A stretch of 64,000 bases of DNA, taken from positions 1,044,711 through 1,108,710 of the forward strand of contig OZ253540.1 of assembly GCA_965262485.1 (NCBI GenBank), in the 5' to 3' direction. Both the position numbers and the translations under genes were made by a program. The notes beneath the pieces are model-generated. The model saw only the letters and a list, made by a program, of their open reading frames with translations. It was not told the DNA's origin and did no database searches. This DNA is from Dehalococcoidia bacterium. GTDB lineage: Bacteria > Chloroflexota > Dehalococcoidia > Lucifugimonadales > UBA3495. This document shows, one piece after another, positions 40,785-51,495 of this stretch. Position 1 is the stretch's first letter, and the number at the start of each line of letters is the position of its first letter.

Positions 40785-41399
40785 TCAGGAGGGTGATTCA
40801 AGGGTGGCAACGCTGAATACCACCCGGAAGGGATTGCAATAAATGACCACGCTTTGGGCATTGGAAAGATCGAAATCACTCGGTATTACGTAGTTTTGAG
40901 GTCCAACATTGCCTTTCAATTTGGACAATTCCACGTACCCGGATTCGTCCAGGTCGGAGTGACTTTCCGGATTGGCGGCGTTCGCCAAAAGAACACGGAG
41001 ATCGGGGCCGTTGGTAACTCTGAAGTCTTCGAAGCGGAGCACTCGTTCCCCGGTGGCAACAATCTCGAAAATGGTGGCCGTTCCCGACCCCTTGTGAAAA
41101 GAGTCTGCGTCGCGGAATTCGCCGGTGAGCTCGGCTTGTACCGCGTTTTGATCAGCCGACCCTCCGGTCATTTGTGTCATGGGTTCGTTCATTTCGGAAT
41201 CGGCGCTGCTGGCTGCCTCGGTCATGCGAGCTTCGACGTCAGCCATGTTCATATTGGCGGGAACCACTGCCCGGGTTGCGAAGGGGAATTCCTCGTTAAC
41301 CTCGGTGGAGGAAAAGAGCGGACTACCCAGCCACCAGGCGAACCAGATTATCGGGATGAGAGCAAAGAGTCCAATTCCAATCAGTACATAACGAATCAT
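40785..41399 (-). CDS. Membrane-anchored DM13-domain protein
   Basis: N-terminal TM helix, then HKGSGTATIFE...LRFEDFRVTNGPDLRVLL...VVIYCNPFRVVF typical of DM13. Confidence 0.7.
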   Translation of the reverse strand: MIRYVLIGIGLFALIPIIWFAWWLGSPLFSSTEVNEEFPFATRAVVPANMNMADVEARMTEAASSADSEMNEPMTQMTGGSADQNAVQAELTGEFRDADSFHKGSGTATIFEIVATGERVLRFEDFRVTNGPDLRVLLANAANPESHSDLDESGYVELSKLKGNVGPQNYVIPSDFDLSNAQSVVIYCNPFRVVFSVATLESPS

Positions 41400-41488
41400 G
41401 GTTGCACCCAGTGAAGGCGTGGTACGGAACGGTAGGTTGGCAAGGACCAACGACAATAACGGTTTGATGCCCGTGGCCGCTCTTCGGG

Positions 41489-42331
41489 TCAGTTACTGTT
41501 GCGAAGTCTCTGGAGCGCGTTGCGCACCGTTTCGGCATCCTCGGCGTCGGGCATCGCCAACAGATAAGCGTTGAAATCGGCTTCTGAGGCTTGATTATTG
41601 CCGGCCTTGAGGTGTACCACGGCCCGGTCGCGTTGTTCCTGCGGTCGATCCGGGGTAACCGCCATCAACGCCCCAATAGCGGTAATGCAGCGGTCGAAAT
41701 CGTCGCTGTCCCAATAAACCGCTTTGAGGTTTCTCAGGATGCGGGCGAGTATGTCCCTGGGTGTAACCGGGTCCAGGTGGTGAGGTTCCAGGCGCATTTC
41801 TTCGCCGGCAGATTCCCGCAACAACGCTCCACATTCATCCTGATTGAGCAACAAGCCACCGTTGAATGTGTCGACGAAATAATTTGGTTCGTCCCGGTGG
41901 CGGATCAGGAAGTGGCCCGGCATACCAACGCCCAGGATCGGGACGCCGGCGCGTCGCCCGATTTCCATGCAGATTAGCGACAGCGTTACCGGAATACCCA
42001 ATCGACGAACGAGGACTTGGTGCAGGTACGAGTTGAGGGGATCGTAGTAGTTATCATGGTTGCCGGCCAAACCGATGACTCCAAAAAGCAGGTCGGTTAC
42101 CACGTTTAGTTGTTGAAGAGATGAGGAGTCCTGGGTGATGCGAGATTGAACAGCCTCGGCCATACGGTCGAGATTAGACAGGTTGGCCTCAATGTCGACG
42201 TCAGGATATTCGGTGGCGGCGATTAGCATGGCTCCGTATCCCAGGTCGAAATCGCCGCCAACCACGTCAGATTCCGGGGATTGAGTAATTCGTTGCAGTT
42301 CTAGCGTCGCGTCGGTAGCGAACATGTACAC
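41489..42331 (-). CDS. Transglutaminase-like/TPR protein (SirB1/UPF0162-like)
   Basis: RRLGIPVTLSLICMEIGRRAGVPILGVGMPGHFLIR core with a TPR-like C-terminus. Confidence 0.7.
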   Translation of the reverse strand: MYMFATDATLELQRITQSPESDVVGGDFDLGYGAMLIAATEYPDVDIEANLSNLDRMAEAVQSRITQDSSSLQQLNVVTDLLFGVIGLAGNHDNYYDPLNSYLHQVLVRRLGIPVTLSLICMEIGRRAGVPILGVGMPGHFLIRHRDEPNYFVDTFNGGLLLNQDECGALLRESAGEEMRLEPHHLDPVTPRDILARILRNLKAVYWDSDDFDRCITAIGALMAVTPDRPQEQRDRAVVHLKAGNNQASEADFNAYLLAMPDAEDAETVRNALQRLRNSN

Positions 42332-42343
42332 CGTCCCTGGGGT

Positions 42344-42616
42344 TCAGGCGTTGGGGTTGGCGCTGCGGCCACGGCGGAATTCAGCGGCGCTGACGTTCTC
42401 AACCGCCGGGTTGCCCGGGTAGCTGGATTGCTCGCCGGATACCGTGGATTCGCGGTCTAAGATGTCTCGTACCTGGGGACAATCGGCCTGGCATTTTTCG
42501 CACCACACCAGGTCGCTCGACATCAGCCGCATATTGTCTTTTTTTACGGTTGTTGTGGCCAGCGCGTACGAACAACGGGCGCACCGACTGACAATAGTTA
42601 CTTCGTTGATGGGCAT
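42344..42616 (-). CDS. Small Cys-rich hypothetical protein (possible zinc ribbon)
   Basis: CARC...CEKC pairs. 90 aa and no other motif. Confidence 0.4.
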   Translation of the reverse strand: MPINEVTIVSRCARCSYALATTTVKKDNMRLMSSDLVWCEKCQADCPQVRDILDRESTVSGEQSSYPGNPAVENVSAAEFRRGRSANPNA

Positions 42617-42660
42617 TATCTATTCCTGCGATCTAGTTGGAGGAAACGGTTTGCAGTTCG

Positions 42661-43419
42661 CTAACGGGCCGTGAACCCGCCATCCACGACCAGCTCGGCC
42701 CCGGTGATGTATGAGGCGTCGTCGCTGGCCAAAAACAACACGGCGTTGGCCACCTCTTCCTGACGCCCTTCGCGACCCAATGGAACCTGATCTTCCACCA
42801 TCGCGCTGCGGCCGGTACGTACTTCTTCCGTAGAGACGTTGCCCATCATGGGAGGCATGAATCCCGGGTGCACTGAATTGACCCGAATGTTTTCATGGCC
42901 GTAGCGCACGGCCATTGCCTTGGTAAAAAGACGTACTGATCCTTTGGAAGCGTTATAAGCCGGGTGCCCGCTCAACATGCCGACCAAACCGGCGATAGAC
43001 GATATGTTGACTATGGAACCACCGCCGTTTTGCTGCATTTGCTGTATGGCATGTTTGGCGCCCAGGAACACGCCGGTGGAGTTTATGTCCATGATGCGGG
43101 TCCAGGCATCCAGGCTGTCGTCATCCGGCACTGCCCGGCTGCTGATTCCGGCGTTGTTCACCAGCACATCCAGGCGACCAAACCTCTGCACCGCCTGGTC
43201 AACCACGTTTACCCAAGCCGGTTCGGCGGTAACGTCGGTGTGGACGTAGAGCGCTTGCCCGCCGGCCTCGTTGATTTCGGCTTCGACCCGTTGGCCGTCC
43301 TGGTCCCGGATGTCCGCGATTACAACCCTGGCCCCTTCCCGCCCGAACAGTTTAGCCTCAACCGCGCCCATACCGTGGGCGCCACCGCTGACGATGGCCA
43401 CTTTTCCTTCCAAACGCAT
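42661..43419 (-). CDS. Short-chain dehydrogenase/reductase (SDR)
   Basis: GKVAIVSGGAHGMG cofactor motif, NNAG, and catalytic YNASK. Start at Met58 of the listed ORF, after GAGGTG. Confidence 0.9.
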   Translation of the reverse strand: MRLEGKVAIVSGGAHGMGAVEAKLFGREGARVVIADIRDQDGQRVEAEINEAGGQALYVHTDVTAEPAWVNVVDQAVQRFGRLDVLVNNAGISSRAVPDDDSLDAWTRIMDINSTGVFLGAKHAIQQMQQNGGGSIVNISSIAGLVGMLSGHPAYNASKGSVRLFTKAMAVRYGHENIRVNSVHPGFMPPMMGNVSTEEVRTGRSAMVEDQVPLGREGRQEEVANAVLFLASDDASYITGAELVVDGGFTAR

Positions 43420-43668
43420 CCAAGCACCTCTACCGGCCCACACATGACGCAGGGCGAATATGGCATTGATTGACAACACGCTGCAAATGCCTTTGCAGTC
43501 AAAGGGAATTTTACCATTATGCCGTGCCTTTGCCACGGAAAAACGCCAATCCGGAAAACAAGCCTGAACTCCATAACGCGGGCTGCGCAAGCCGGTTGAA
43601 ATCGAATATCTGAAGAGGCGTAGTGTATCCTTTTGGTTGTTCTCGCAAAATCCCGGACCGGATCACCC

Positions 43669-43847
43669 CAGGGCCTTTCGGTTTTACAAGAAATCCCCTC
43701 TCCCTTGATGGGAGAGGGTTAGAGCCTGCCCCGTACTTGATACGGGGGTGAGGGTGAAGGTGTGAGATAGGGAACTATCCTGCGGCAGACTATACCCCTC
43801 ACCCCAGCCCTCTCCCACAAGGGGAGAGGGAGAATCCAAAGGCCCTG
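43669..43847. mobile_element. Class-2 MITE-like element, copy F (CAGGGCCTTT...AAAGGCCCTG termini, 9-bp direct repeat GGATCACCC)
   Basis: 10-bp perfect terminal inverted repeat. Flanking direct repeats at 43660-43668 and 43848-43856. Interior consists of CCCTCTCCC/GGGAGAGGG hairpins. Confidence 0.75.
43729..43747 (+). repeat. Core hairpin CCCCGTACTTGATACGGGG (same core as the 26-nt module) inside element F
   Basis: 19-nt identity with the core of the module at 62384-62409. The flanking context differs (GAGCCTG instead of GAACGTCA). Confidence 0.7.
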
Positions 43848-43880
43848 GGATCACCCCGGTTTGGCCGACCGAATAGTGAT

Positions 43881-44411
43881 ATGTATCAAACAGCGGTATT
43901 CATACACCTTGCGTCGGCAATAGTCTGGGTCGGCGGCAGCCTTTTTCTGGCGTTGGTACTGCTGCCGGTGTTGCGGAAAATCGCCGCTGAGTCAGCGCAG
44001 GGGGAATCCAACGTCGGGCTGCCGCCCGGCGTGCTGGGTTCGGTTGCGAGGCGTTTCCGGTTGATATCGTGGTTATGCATAGTATTGCTGGTGGCCACCG
44101 GGTTTTATATCCTGCCGAGCAGGTATGGGATAGGGTTCGACGATTTTTTCACCCTGGGTGGGCACTTCGTTGGCACGCTGCAAATAAAAGTGGCGCTGGT
44201 AGCAGTGGTAATCTGGTTGAGTTTCATGCACGACTTCTGGTTGGGGCCATACGTGAACCGCTTGCTCGAAGCCGTGCAGTCCGGGGCTGAACCTCACCGT
44301 CGGTTGGGATCGCTCAGAAGAACATTAATATGGGTGGCACGGGTCAACGTGGCGCTGATGGTAGCCATAGTTGTAGTTGCGGTCACCATGACCAGAGGCG
44401 TTCCGGTTTAG
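43881..44411 (+). CDS. Integral membrane protein (about 4 TM, conserved His residues; CopD/MsrQ-like role possible)
   Basis: Hydrophobic spans with His in FIHLAS, GGHFVG and FMHDFW. Lies directly upstream of the Moco-domain gene. Confidence 0.55.
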   Translation: MYQTAVFIHLASAIVWVGGSLFLALVLLPVLRKIAAESAQGESNVGLPPGVLGSVARRFRLISWLCIVLLVATGFYILPSRYGIGFDDFFTLGGHFVGTLQIKVALVAVVIWLSFMHDFWLGPYVNRLLEAVQSGAEPHRRLGSLRRTLIWVARVNVALMVAIVVVAVTMTRGVPV

Positions 44412-44450
44412 CCGCAACCTGAACCCGGTGGATATGGTACCGGCTGCGGG

Positions 44451-45029
44451 GTGCGTTTGGAGACCGGGTACGCTCACAGGGAGGTACGGAAATTGACTAA
44501 CCGAGGCGATGCGGATGTTTATGAATCATTGCCGGTTTTTGATCACCACCACGGACGCCCTGATGTTTGGCGCGGGTTGCTCGTGGGCGGTTCGGTAAAA
44601 CGTCCCCGGACGTTCACTGCTGAAGAGCTCGCCCTGCTAAGTGGGGACAGCATAACCGATGATTTCCGGTGCGTAGAGGGATGGAGTGTGCCCGATCAAA
44701 CCTGGGGTGGTGTCCGGTTGGATGTCATTCTCAGTGCGGTAGAACCTTTGGACAATGCCAGGTACGCCGCGATTTCTGCCGCCGACTACACCGTTGTGGT
44801 ACCACTGGACCGGGATATTGCTGGCGACATATTGTTGGCGACGCGCCTCAATGGATCGATTCTGCCTGAGGAACACGGCGGGCCGTGCCGGTTGGTGAGC
44901 CGGGACCAGGCGTGTTACGCCAGCGTCAAGTGGGTTGACCGCATCGTAGTGTGTGAACACGCCCCGCCGGAAACCGCCCGCGACATTGCCATGGAACGCA
45001 ACCGGGCCGCTAGGGGTTCAAATCCTTGA
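44451..45029 (+). CDS. Small molybdopterin-binding oxidoreductase domain protein (YuiH/MsrP-like)
   Basis: FRCVEGWSVPDQTWGGVRL...LATRLNG..LPEEHGGPCRLV...KWV, typical of the SUOX-fold Moco domain. No signal peptide. Start codon uncertain (GTG). Confidence 0.75.
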   Translation: MRLETGYAHREVRKLTNRGDADVYESLPVFDHHHGRPDVWRGLLVGGSVKRPRTFTAEELALLSGDSITDDFRCVEGWSVPDQTWGGVRLDVILSAVEPLDNARYAAISAADYTVVVPLDRDIAGDILLATRLNGSILPEEHGGPCRLVSRDQACYASVKWVDRIVVCEHAPPETARDIAMERNRAARGSNP

Positions 45030-45723
45030 AACGATAGCCCAGGCCCCGCTCGCTCAGGATGTATTCCGGGTTCCGGTGGTCTTTCTCTAATTTTTGCCGC
45101 AAGTAAGTTACGTACGTCCGAACGTACTGATGCTCACCGCGATATTCGGGACCCCAAACGCGCTCCAGCAAAGTGTCGTGGCTCAACAACTGGCCGGCGT
45201 TGTTTACCAATTGATACAGCAATCTGTATTCGGTGGGCCGAAGGTGCATGGGCGTACCGTTCGCCACCACCCGACTCTGGTCGAAGTTAATGGTGAGCCA
45301 GTCGTCTACCACTACTTCCTGGAGGCGCGGAGGTTCGGTGGCTTCGATCCGCCGGAACAGCGCGCGGATGCGTGAAACGAGCTCGCGAGGGCTGAAGGGC
45401 TTGGTCAGATAATCGTCTGCGCCCAGATCCAACCCGGCAACCCGATCACTTTCGTCACCACGGACCGTAACGAAAATTACCGGAACCGAGGATTCGGATC
45501 TGATGCGCCGCAGCGTCTCGAACCCGTCGAGGTTCGGCATCATAACGTCCAACACGATCAGGTCCACCGGGTCGTCGCCATGCAGCACGTCGAGGGCTTC
45601 TTCGCCGTTCCTTGCGGTGGCGACGTTGAATCCCTCGACTTCGAGATTCATGGACGTAAAGCTCACGATATGGGGTTCGTCGTCCACCACCAGAATGGTA
45701 CGTTTTTCGGCCGCGGAGGTCAT
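45010..45723 (-). CDS. OmpR-family response regulator (canonical receiver)
   Basis: ILVVDDEPHIV, DLIVLDVMMP and DDYLTKPF receiver motifs plus a winged-helix C-terminus. ATGA overlap with the upstream kinase stop. Confidence 0.92.
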   Translation of the reverse strand: MTSAAEKRTILVVDDEPHIVSFTSMNLEVEGFNVATARNGEEALDVLHGDDPVDLIVLDVMMPNLDGFETLRRIRSESSVPVIFVTVRGDESDRVAGLDLGADDYLTKPFSPRELVSRIRALFRRIEATEPPRLQEVVVDDWLTINFDQSRVVANGTPMHLRPTEYRLLYQLVNNAGQLLSHDTLLERVWGPEYRGEHQYVRTYVTYLRQKLEKDHRNPEYILSERGLGYRFKDLNP

Positions 45724-47300
45724 CGGCTTACCACCGCCTCGGGGAAGGTTAAGGTGAACGAAGAACCCATTCCAAGCGCGCTCTCCACATGGATGGCGCC
45801 GCCGTGGGCGGTCATCACGGCGTCGCAGATGTAGAGACCAATGCCCATGCCGCGCGTTTGGACAGAGACGGCATGTTGAGAACGGTGGAATCGTTCGAAA
45901 ATGCGACGGGTTTCCCACCGGGGAACGCCGACACCGTGGTCCTTCACGGTCAAGGTAACACCGCCGGCAGTGTCGGTATCGACCAGAACTTCGATCGAGC
46001 CGCCGTCGGGTGAATACTTTACCGCATTGTCCAACAGGTTCATGATGACCTCCTCGAGCAGGCCCGGGTCGCCGGATACGGTCGGGAGATCATCAGGGAA
46101 CCGGACCGAGAAATCGTGGTTGCTGGCGCCGGGTTGCAGCCGGCCTACCGCTTTTTGGGCGAGAGCTGACAACTGAACCAGTTCAAGATTGATTGGCAGT
46201 TCGCCGGTTTCCAGACGGGATGCCAACAGCAACCGGTTCATCAATTGACTCATGTGGTCGGTTTCTTCTTCGATGGCTTCGAAAATGCGGCGCAGCGTGC
46301 TGGAGTCCCAGTCCGCATCGGAACGCGAAAGGGTGTTGGTGTACCCCTTGATAATCGCCAGAGGGGTTTGCAATTGATGACCCAGCATTGACAAAAAGGC
46401 CGATCGCATATCTTCCGTTTCACGCATTCGGGTCATATCGCGGACGTTTACGACGGCGTTCAACGGCAGCATCTCGGGTGAACGGACCACCGAATAGACC
46501 AACGCCACGTCAGTACGTTGCCCGTTGCGAGAGCGAACGCCAGCGGCCAACTCGGTCACGTGTTCCGGTTCAGGAACGGGAGAGTGCAACATTGGGCATT
46601 GACCCGGGCAGATTGGTCGGCCTTCCCGGTCCCGCCAATTTAGCGCAACTGCACACGGTAAACCGATCAGGTCTTCGCCCGAACGCCCCAGCAACCGTTC
46701 CATGGCAGGGTTCACGCTGACGATACGACGTGCCGAGTCAACAGTGTAAATTCCGTCAGCGCTGCCCTCCAAAATCGATTCGACGCGCCGTTTTTCCTGC
46801 GCCAACAGGTGGGCCAGGCGCGCCGACTGCACGGCGATGGCAGCCTGCTCGGCGAAGGCCGCCAGGACGGGCGGGTCAAGTTGCGAGAAATTGGCGGCTT
46901 GGGATGATCGGAGCACAACAATCAGCCCGACGGTTTCACCGCCGGTGCGCAACGGAACCGCCATGACGGGGTTTTGCATCTGGCCGGTGGTTGATACCGG
47001 CAAGGCAGATTGCCTGAACAGGGCGGAAAGCAAGGCGAATTGCTCCCGGCTGAGCGCCAGGTCCGGAATGGCCTCGTTCAGCAATGGGCTGATCCGCGCG
47101 ATCTCGCCGGCGCCCAGGCCATAAGAACCGGTGACCACGAATTTATGGGAGGCGTCGTCCCAGGTGGCCACCACCGCAGCGCTGCCGCCCAACGCGCGTA
47201 CAGCGTTCCGCAGGACGTTTTCCAGTTCGGGCTGCAGCTCGGGGAATTCGTCGCCCGAGGATAGCTGGGGTGTTGCGCCGGTACGGTGTTGATTGACCAT
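45720..47300 (-). CDS. Sensor histidine kinase (GAF-PAS-HisKA-HATPase)
   Basis: H-box SAFLSMLGHQLQTPL, N box LLDNAVKYS, and G boxes DHGVGV and GMGIGL. GAF-like and PAS-like N-terminal modules with no obvious TM segment. Confidence 0.9.
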   Translation of the reverse strand: MVNQHRTGATPQLSSGDEFPELQPELENVLRNAVRALGGSAAVVATWDDASHKFVVTGSYGLGAGEIARISPLLNEAIPDLALSREQFALLSALFRQSALPVSTTGQMQNPVMAVPLRTGGETVGLIVVLRSSQAANFSQLDPPVLAAFAEQAAIAVQSARLAHLLAQEKRRVESILEGSADGIYTVDSARRIVSVNPAMERLLGRSGEDLIGLPCAVALNWRDREGRPICPGQCPMLHSPVPEPEHVTELAAGVRSRNGQRTDVALVYSVVRSPEMLPLNAVVNVRDMTRMRETEDMRSAFLSMLGHQLQTPLAIIKGYTNTLSRSDADWDSSTLRRIFEAIEEETDHMSQLMNRLLLASRLETGELPINLELVQLSALAQKAVGRLQPGASNHDFSVRFPDDLPTVSGDPGLLEEVIMNLLDNAVKYSPDGGSIEVLVDTDTAGGVTLTVKDHGVGVPRWETRRIFERFHRSQHAVSVQTRGMGIGLYICDAVMTAHGGAIHVESALGMGSSFTLTFPEAVVSR

Positions 47301-47359
47301 GGCTGATCCTCAATTTCATATGCAATTTTAACATTAAGCCGGTTGGAATCAGGTGTCTG

Positions 47360-47611
47360 TTGGACGACAATAGATTCAGAACGCTGATGGACGGTGGCCA
47401 CGCTGTCCGCCAGAAGGAGGTAGCGATACCAAGGTATTCTTACCGATGCACATCGTGCGACCATGAGTATGACCAGCGGGAGAGTTTTGGAGCGCCTTCC
47501 GAAGTAGAATGCCCGGCTTGCTCGGGCGTGGCCCGGCGTAAGTTTCACGCCGTACCGATTATCTACAAAGGCTCCGGTTTTTACACCACCGACTACGCCC
47601 GAAAAAAGTGA
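47360..47611 (+). CDS. FmdB-family zinc-ribbon protein
   Basis: YSYRCTSCDHEYD...ECPACSG. The family N-terminus aligns with Ile23 (ATA at 47426), 5 nt after AAGGAGG, so the true start is uncertain. Confidence 0.75.
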   Translation: MDDNRFRTLMDGGHAVRQKEVAIPRYSYRCTSCDHEYDQRESFGAPSEVECPACSGVARRKFHAVPIIYKGSGFYTTDYARKK

Positions 47612-47680
47612 ACCCGACCTCCGCGGTTCATTTGGTCATCTAATCACAATACACACAATCCAATATAAAGGAGGCACTCA

Positions 47681-47971
47681 GTGGCCAGTTTCACACCCCT
47701 AGGCGAACGAATAGTCATCAAGCCGATGGAACAGGAAACCCAGACCCGGGGCGGCATCCTGCTCCCGGACACTGCGAAAGAGAAGCCCCAGGAGGGCGAG
47801 GTCATCGCCGTTGGCTCGGGCCGCGTCGCTGACGACGGCTCCCGCATCGCCATGGAACTTTCCGTGGGCGACAAGGTCATCTATTCCAAGTACGCCGGCA
47901 CCGAGTACGAAGACGGCGACGACGAATATCTGATCATGCGCGAGTCCGACGTTCTGGCCAAACTCGGCTAG
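47681..47971 (+). CDS. groES: Co-chaperonin GroES
   Basis: [10 protein letters not shown]...[25 protein letters not shown] start after AAGGAGG. Confidence 0.96.
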   Translation: MASFTPLGERIVIKPMEQETQTRGGILLPDTAKEKPQEGEVIAVGSGRVADDGSRIAMELSVGDKVIYSKYAGTEYEDGDDEYLIMRESDVLAKLG

Positions 47972-49654
<1,683 letters not shown>

Positions 49655-49676
49655 CCACTGGAAATCCACGGATTTG

Positions 49677-49713
49677 CGCCGGAGCGGGATCGTGTACCCG
49701 CTCCGGCGTTTTT
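49677..49713 (+). terminator. Rho-independent terminator of groES-groEL
   Basis: 12-bp perfect stem CGCCGGAGCGGG/CCCGCTCCGGCG with an 8-nt loop, followed by TTTTT. Confidence 0.85.
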
Positions 49714-49736
49714 ATGCCTGGGGCACATTGGCGAAC

Positions 49737-49955
49737 CAGGGCAAACGCATTCTAACTTTAGGGGACCTCATATACCGTCATTCCCGCATATACCGTCATT
49801 CCCGCGAAAGCGGGAATCCATACAGCTTGCTTCCATACAGTTGACGTACAACCAAAGGACCTGGATTCCCGCCCCGTATCAAGTACGGGGTGACGTTCTT
49901 TCGCGGGAATGACGGACGCCAGCAAAGCCGATTAAATTAGAATGCGTTTGCCCTG
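49737..49955. mobile_element. Class-2 MITE-like element, copy B (19-bp perfect TIR CAGGGCAAACGCATTCTAA, 10-bp direct repeat ATTGGCGAAC)
   Basis: TIRs at 49737-49755 and 49937-49955. Direct repeats at 49727-49736 and 49956-49965. The interior carries ATTCCCGC hairpins and the 26-nt module. Confidence 0.85.
49873..49898 (-). repeat. 26-nt hairpin module nested in an ATTCCCGC/GCGGGAAT hairpin loop
   Basis: Identical 26-mer in the identical GAAA|...|GC context on the minus strand, as in the other copies. Confidence 0.85.
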
Positions 49956-50085
49956 ATTGGCGAACCGAGTAGATTTACGTTATCCCAAGGTTGGGGTATA
50001 TTGAGCGTGGCTCATTATGTGATTATCCGCCGTTTCGATCCACCGGCGACGGCGGGCCGACAGCGAGCTTCGACTGAAATCCACC

Positions 50086-51450
50086 ATGCTTGAAAAAATC
50101 CTCGGCTGGCGTCCGCCAACCCCTTTCTACTATGGTTGGCTGGTGCTGGCGATGGGATCGCTCTGTACCGCCGCCGGTTCCAGCGTGTCGCAAGTCGTGC
50201 TTGGCACCGTGCAGGTTTACATCGTGGAGGAGACTCACTGGAACATCGGGACGTTGTCCATTGCGGTTACCGCTGGCACCTGGTGCTCGGGTGTTTTGGC
50301 GCCGTTCGCCGGTCGCCTTGCTGACCGCTTCGGTCCCAGATATCTGATGACAATGGGGTTGATAGTCGTAGCCTGCGCGCTATTTGCGCTGTCTTCCGTG
50401 GACAGTTCCTCGTTGTGGCAATTCTTTGTTGCTTATATCATTGGCCGGTCCATCAGCAACCCATTTTTGATCGGCGTAGTGCCACGAACCGCAACGGTCA
50501 ATTTCTTCCGTAGGCGGCGCAATATCACGCTGGCAATCTCCGGAATGGGCCGCCCTATCGGTGGGGCCATCAACATACAGATAATCTCGTTGATTGCGTT
50601 ATCGCAAGGCTGGCGAGCGTCATACGGTTACCTGGGCGTGTTCATGTTGGTGCTCACGGTGCCGGTATTTTTCATCATGCGCCGGAATCCGGAAGAAATC
50701 GGTTTGCTCCCTGATGGCGCCAGACCCGCTGTTGGATCAGGTCAAACCGGAAGGTCTTCCGCAGACCGCAGGGCCGCGGGCCGAACCGATGCTGACCTGG
50801 CGCCCGAATTCAGCTGGACCGTGCGTGAAGCGATGCGAACCCGCGCGTACTGGTGCATAGCGGGCACGGCGATATTGGCGGTGATAGCATCAGCCGGGTT
50901 GGGATATATCCTGGTTCCGTATCTGGTCAGCACAGCAGGGCCTGGGCTGTCGAACGCGCAAGCGGCTGGGGTCGGGAGCCTGGGAGCGGTGCTCGCCATG
51001 ACCACGTTGATCTGGGGAATCCTGGCCGACCGGTTTGGCCCGCGTCAATGCATGGTGATGACGATAGCGGGAGCGGTTCTAACCCAGGTGTTCCTGATGA
51101 CAGCGGTCAACTCGGTGTTGACGGCATACATTTTCGCTGTCCTGTGGGGATTCTTCTCCAACACCGTAGGGACGCTGGAGCACATGTTACTGGCTCAATA
51201 CTTCGGGCGCGGCTCTTTCGGGGCGATTCTCGGTTCTCTGGGGCCATTGCAAACCACCGCGCTGGGCATCGCGCCGGTATTTGGCACCTTTCTTCAGACG
51301 GCAACCGGCAGCTACGCCATCGTGTTTGCCGTGCTGGCAGCCATGTATGCAATGGCCGGAATGCTCATTTTCCTGGCCAAAGCGCCTGCATTGCCTCCGC
51401 GGGCGGTGCAAATGGCCCGGGACGCGCAGGATGCGCCAGCAACGGTATAA
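50086..51450 (+). CDS. MFS transporter
   Basis: 454 aa and about 12 hydrophobic spans. GRLADRFGPR motif in loop 2-3, repeated as ADRFGPRQ in the second half. Confidence 0.85.
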   Translation: MLEKILGWRPPTPFYYGWLVLAMGSLCTAAGSSVSQVVLGTVQVYIVEETHWNIGTLSIAVTAGTWCSGVLAPFAGRLADRFGPRYLMTMGLIVVACALFALSSVDSSSLWQFFVAYIIGRSISNPFLIGVVPRTATVNFFRRRRNITLAISGMGRPIGGAINIQIISLIALSQGWRASYGYLGVFMLVLTVPVFFIMRRNPEEIGLLPDGARPAVGSGQTGRSSADRRAAGRTDADLAPEFSWTVREAMRTRAYWCIAGTAILAVIASAGLGYILVPYLVSTAGPGLSNAQAAGVGSLGAVLAMTTLIWGILADRFGPRQCMVMTIAGAVLTQVFLMTAVNSVLTAYIFAVLWGFFSNTVGTLEHMLLAQYFGRGSFGAILGSLGPLQTTALGIAPVFGTFLQTATGSYAIVFAVLAAMYAMAGMLIFLAKAPALPPRAVQMARDAQDAPATV

Positions 51451-51495
51451 TCCAGGCGACATTCACAACAAGAACGTCGATAAGGAGGCACACCA

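Noticed and set aside
45015-45025. GGTTCAAATCC, a tRNA T-loop-like string
   Set aside because: The flanking bases cannot form a 5-bp T-stem, and no acceptor or anticodon arm can be drawn. It lies in the convergent overlap of two well-supported CDS ends.
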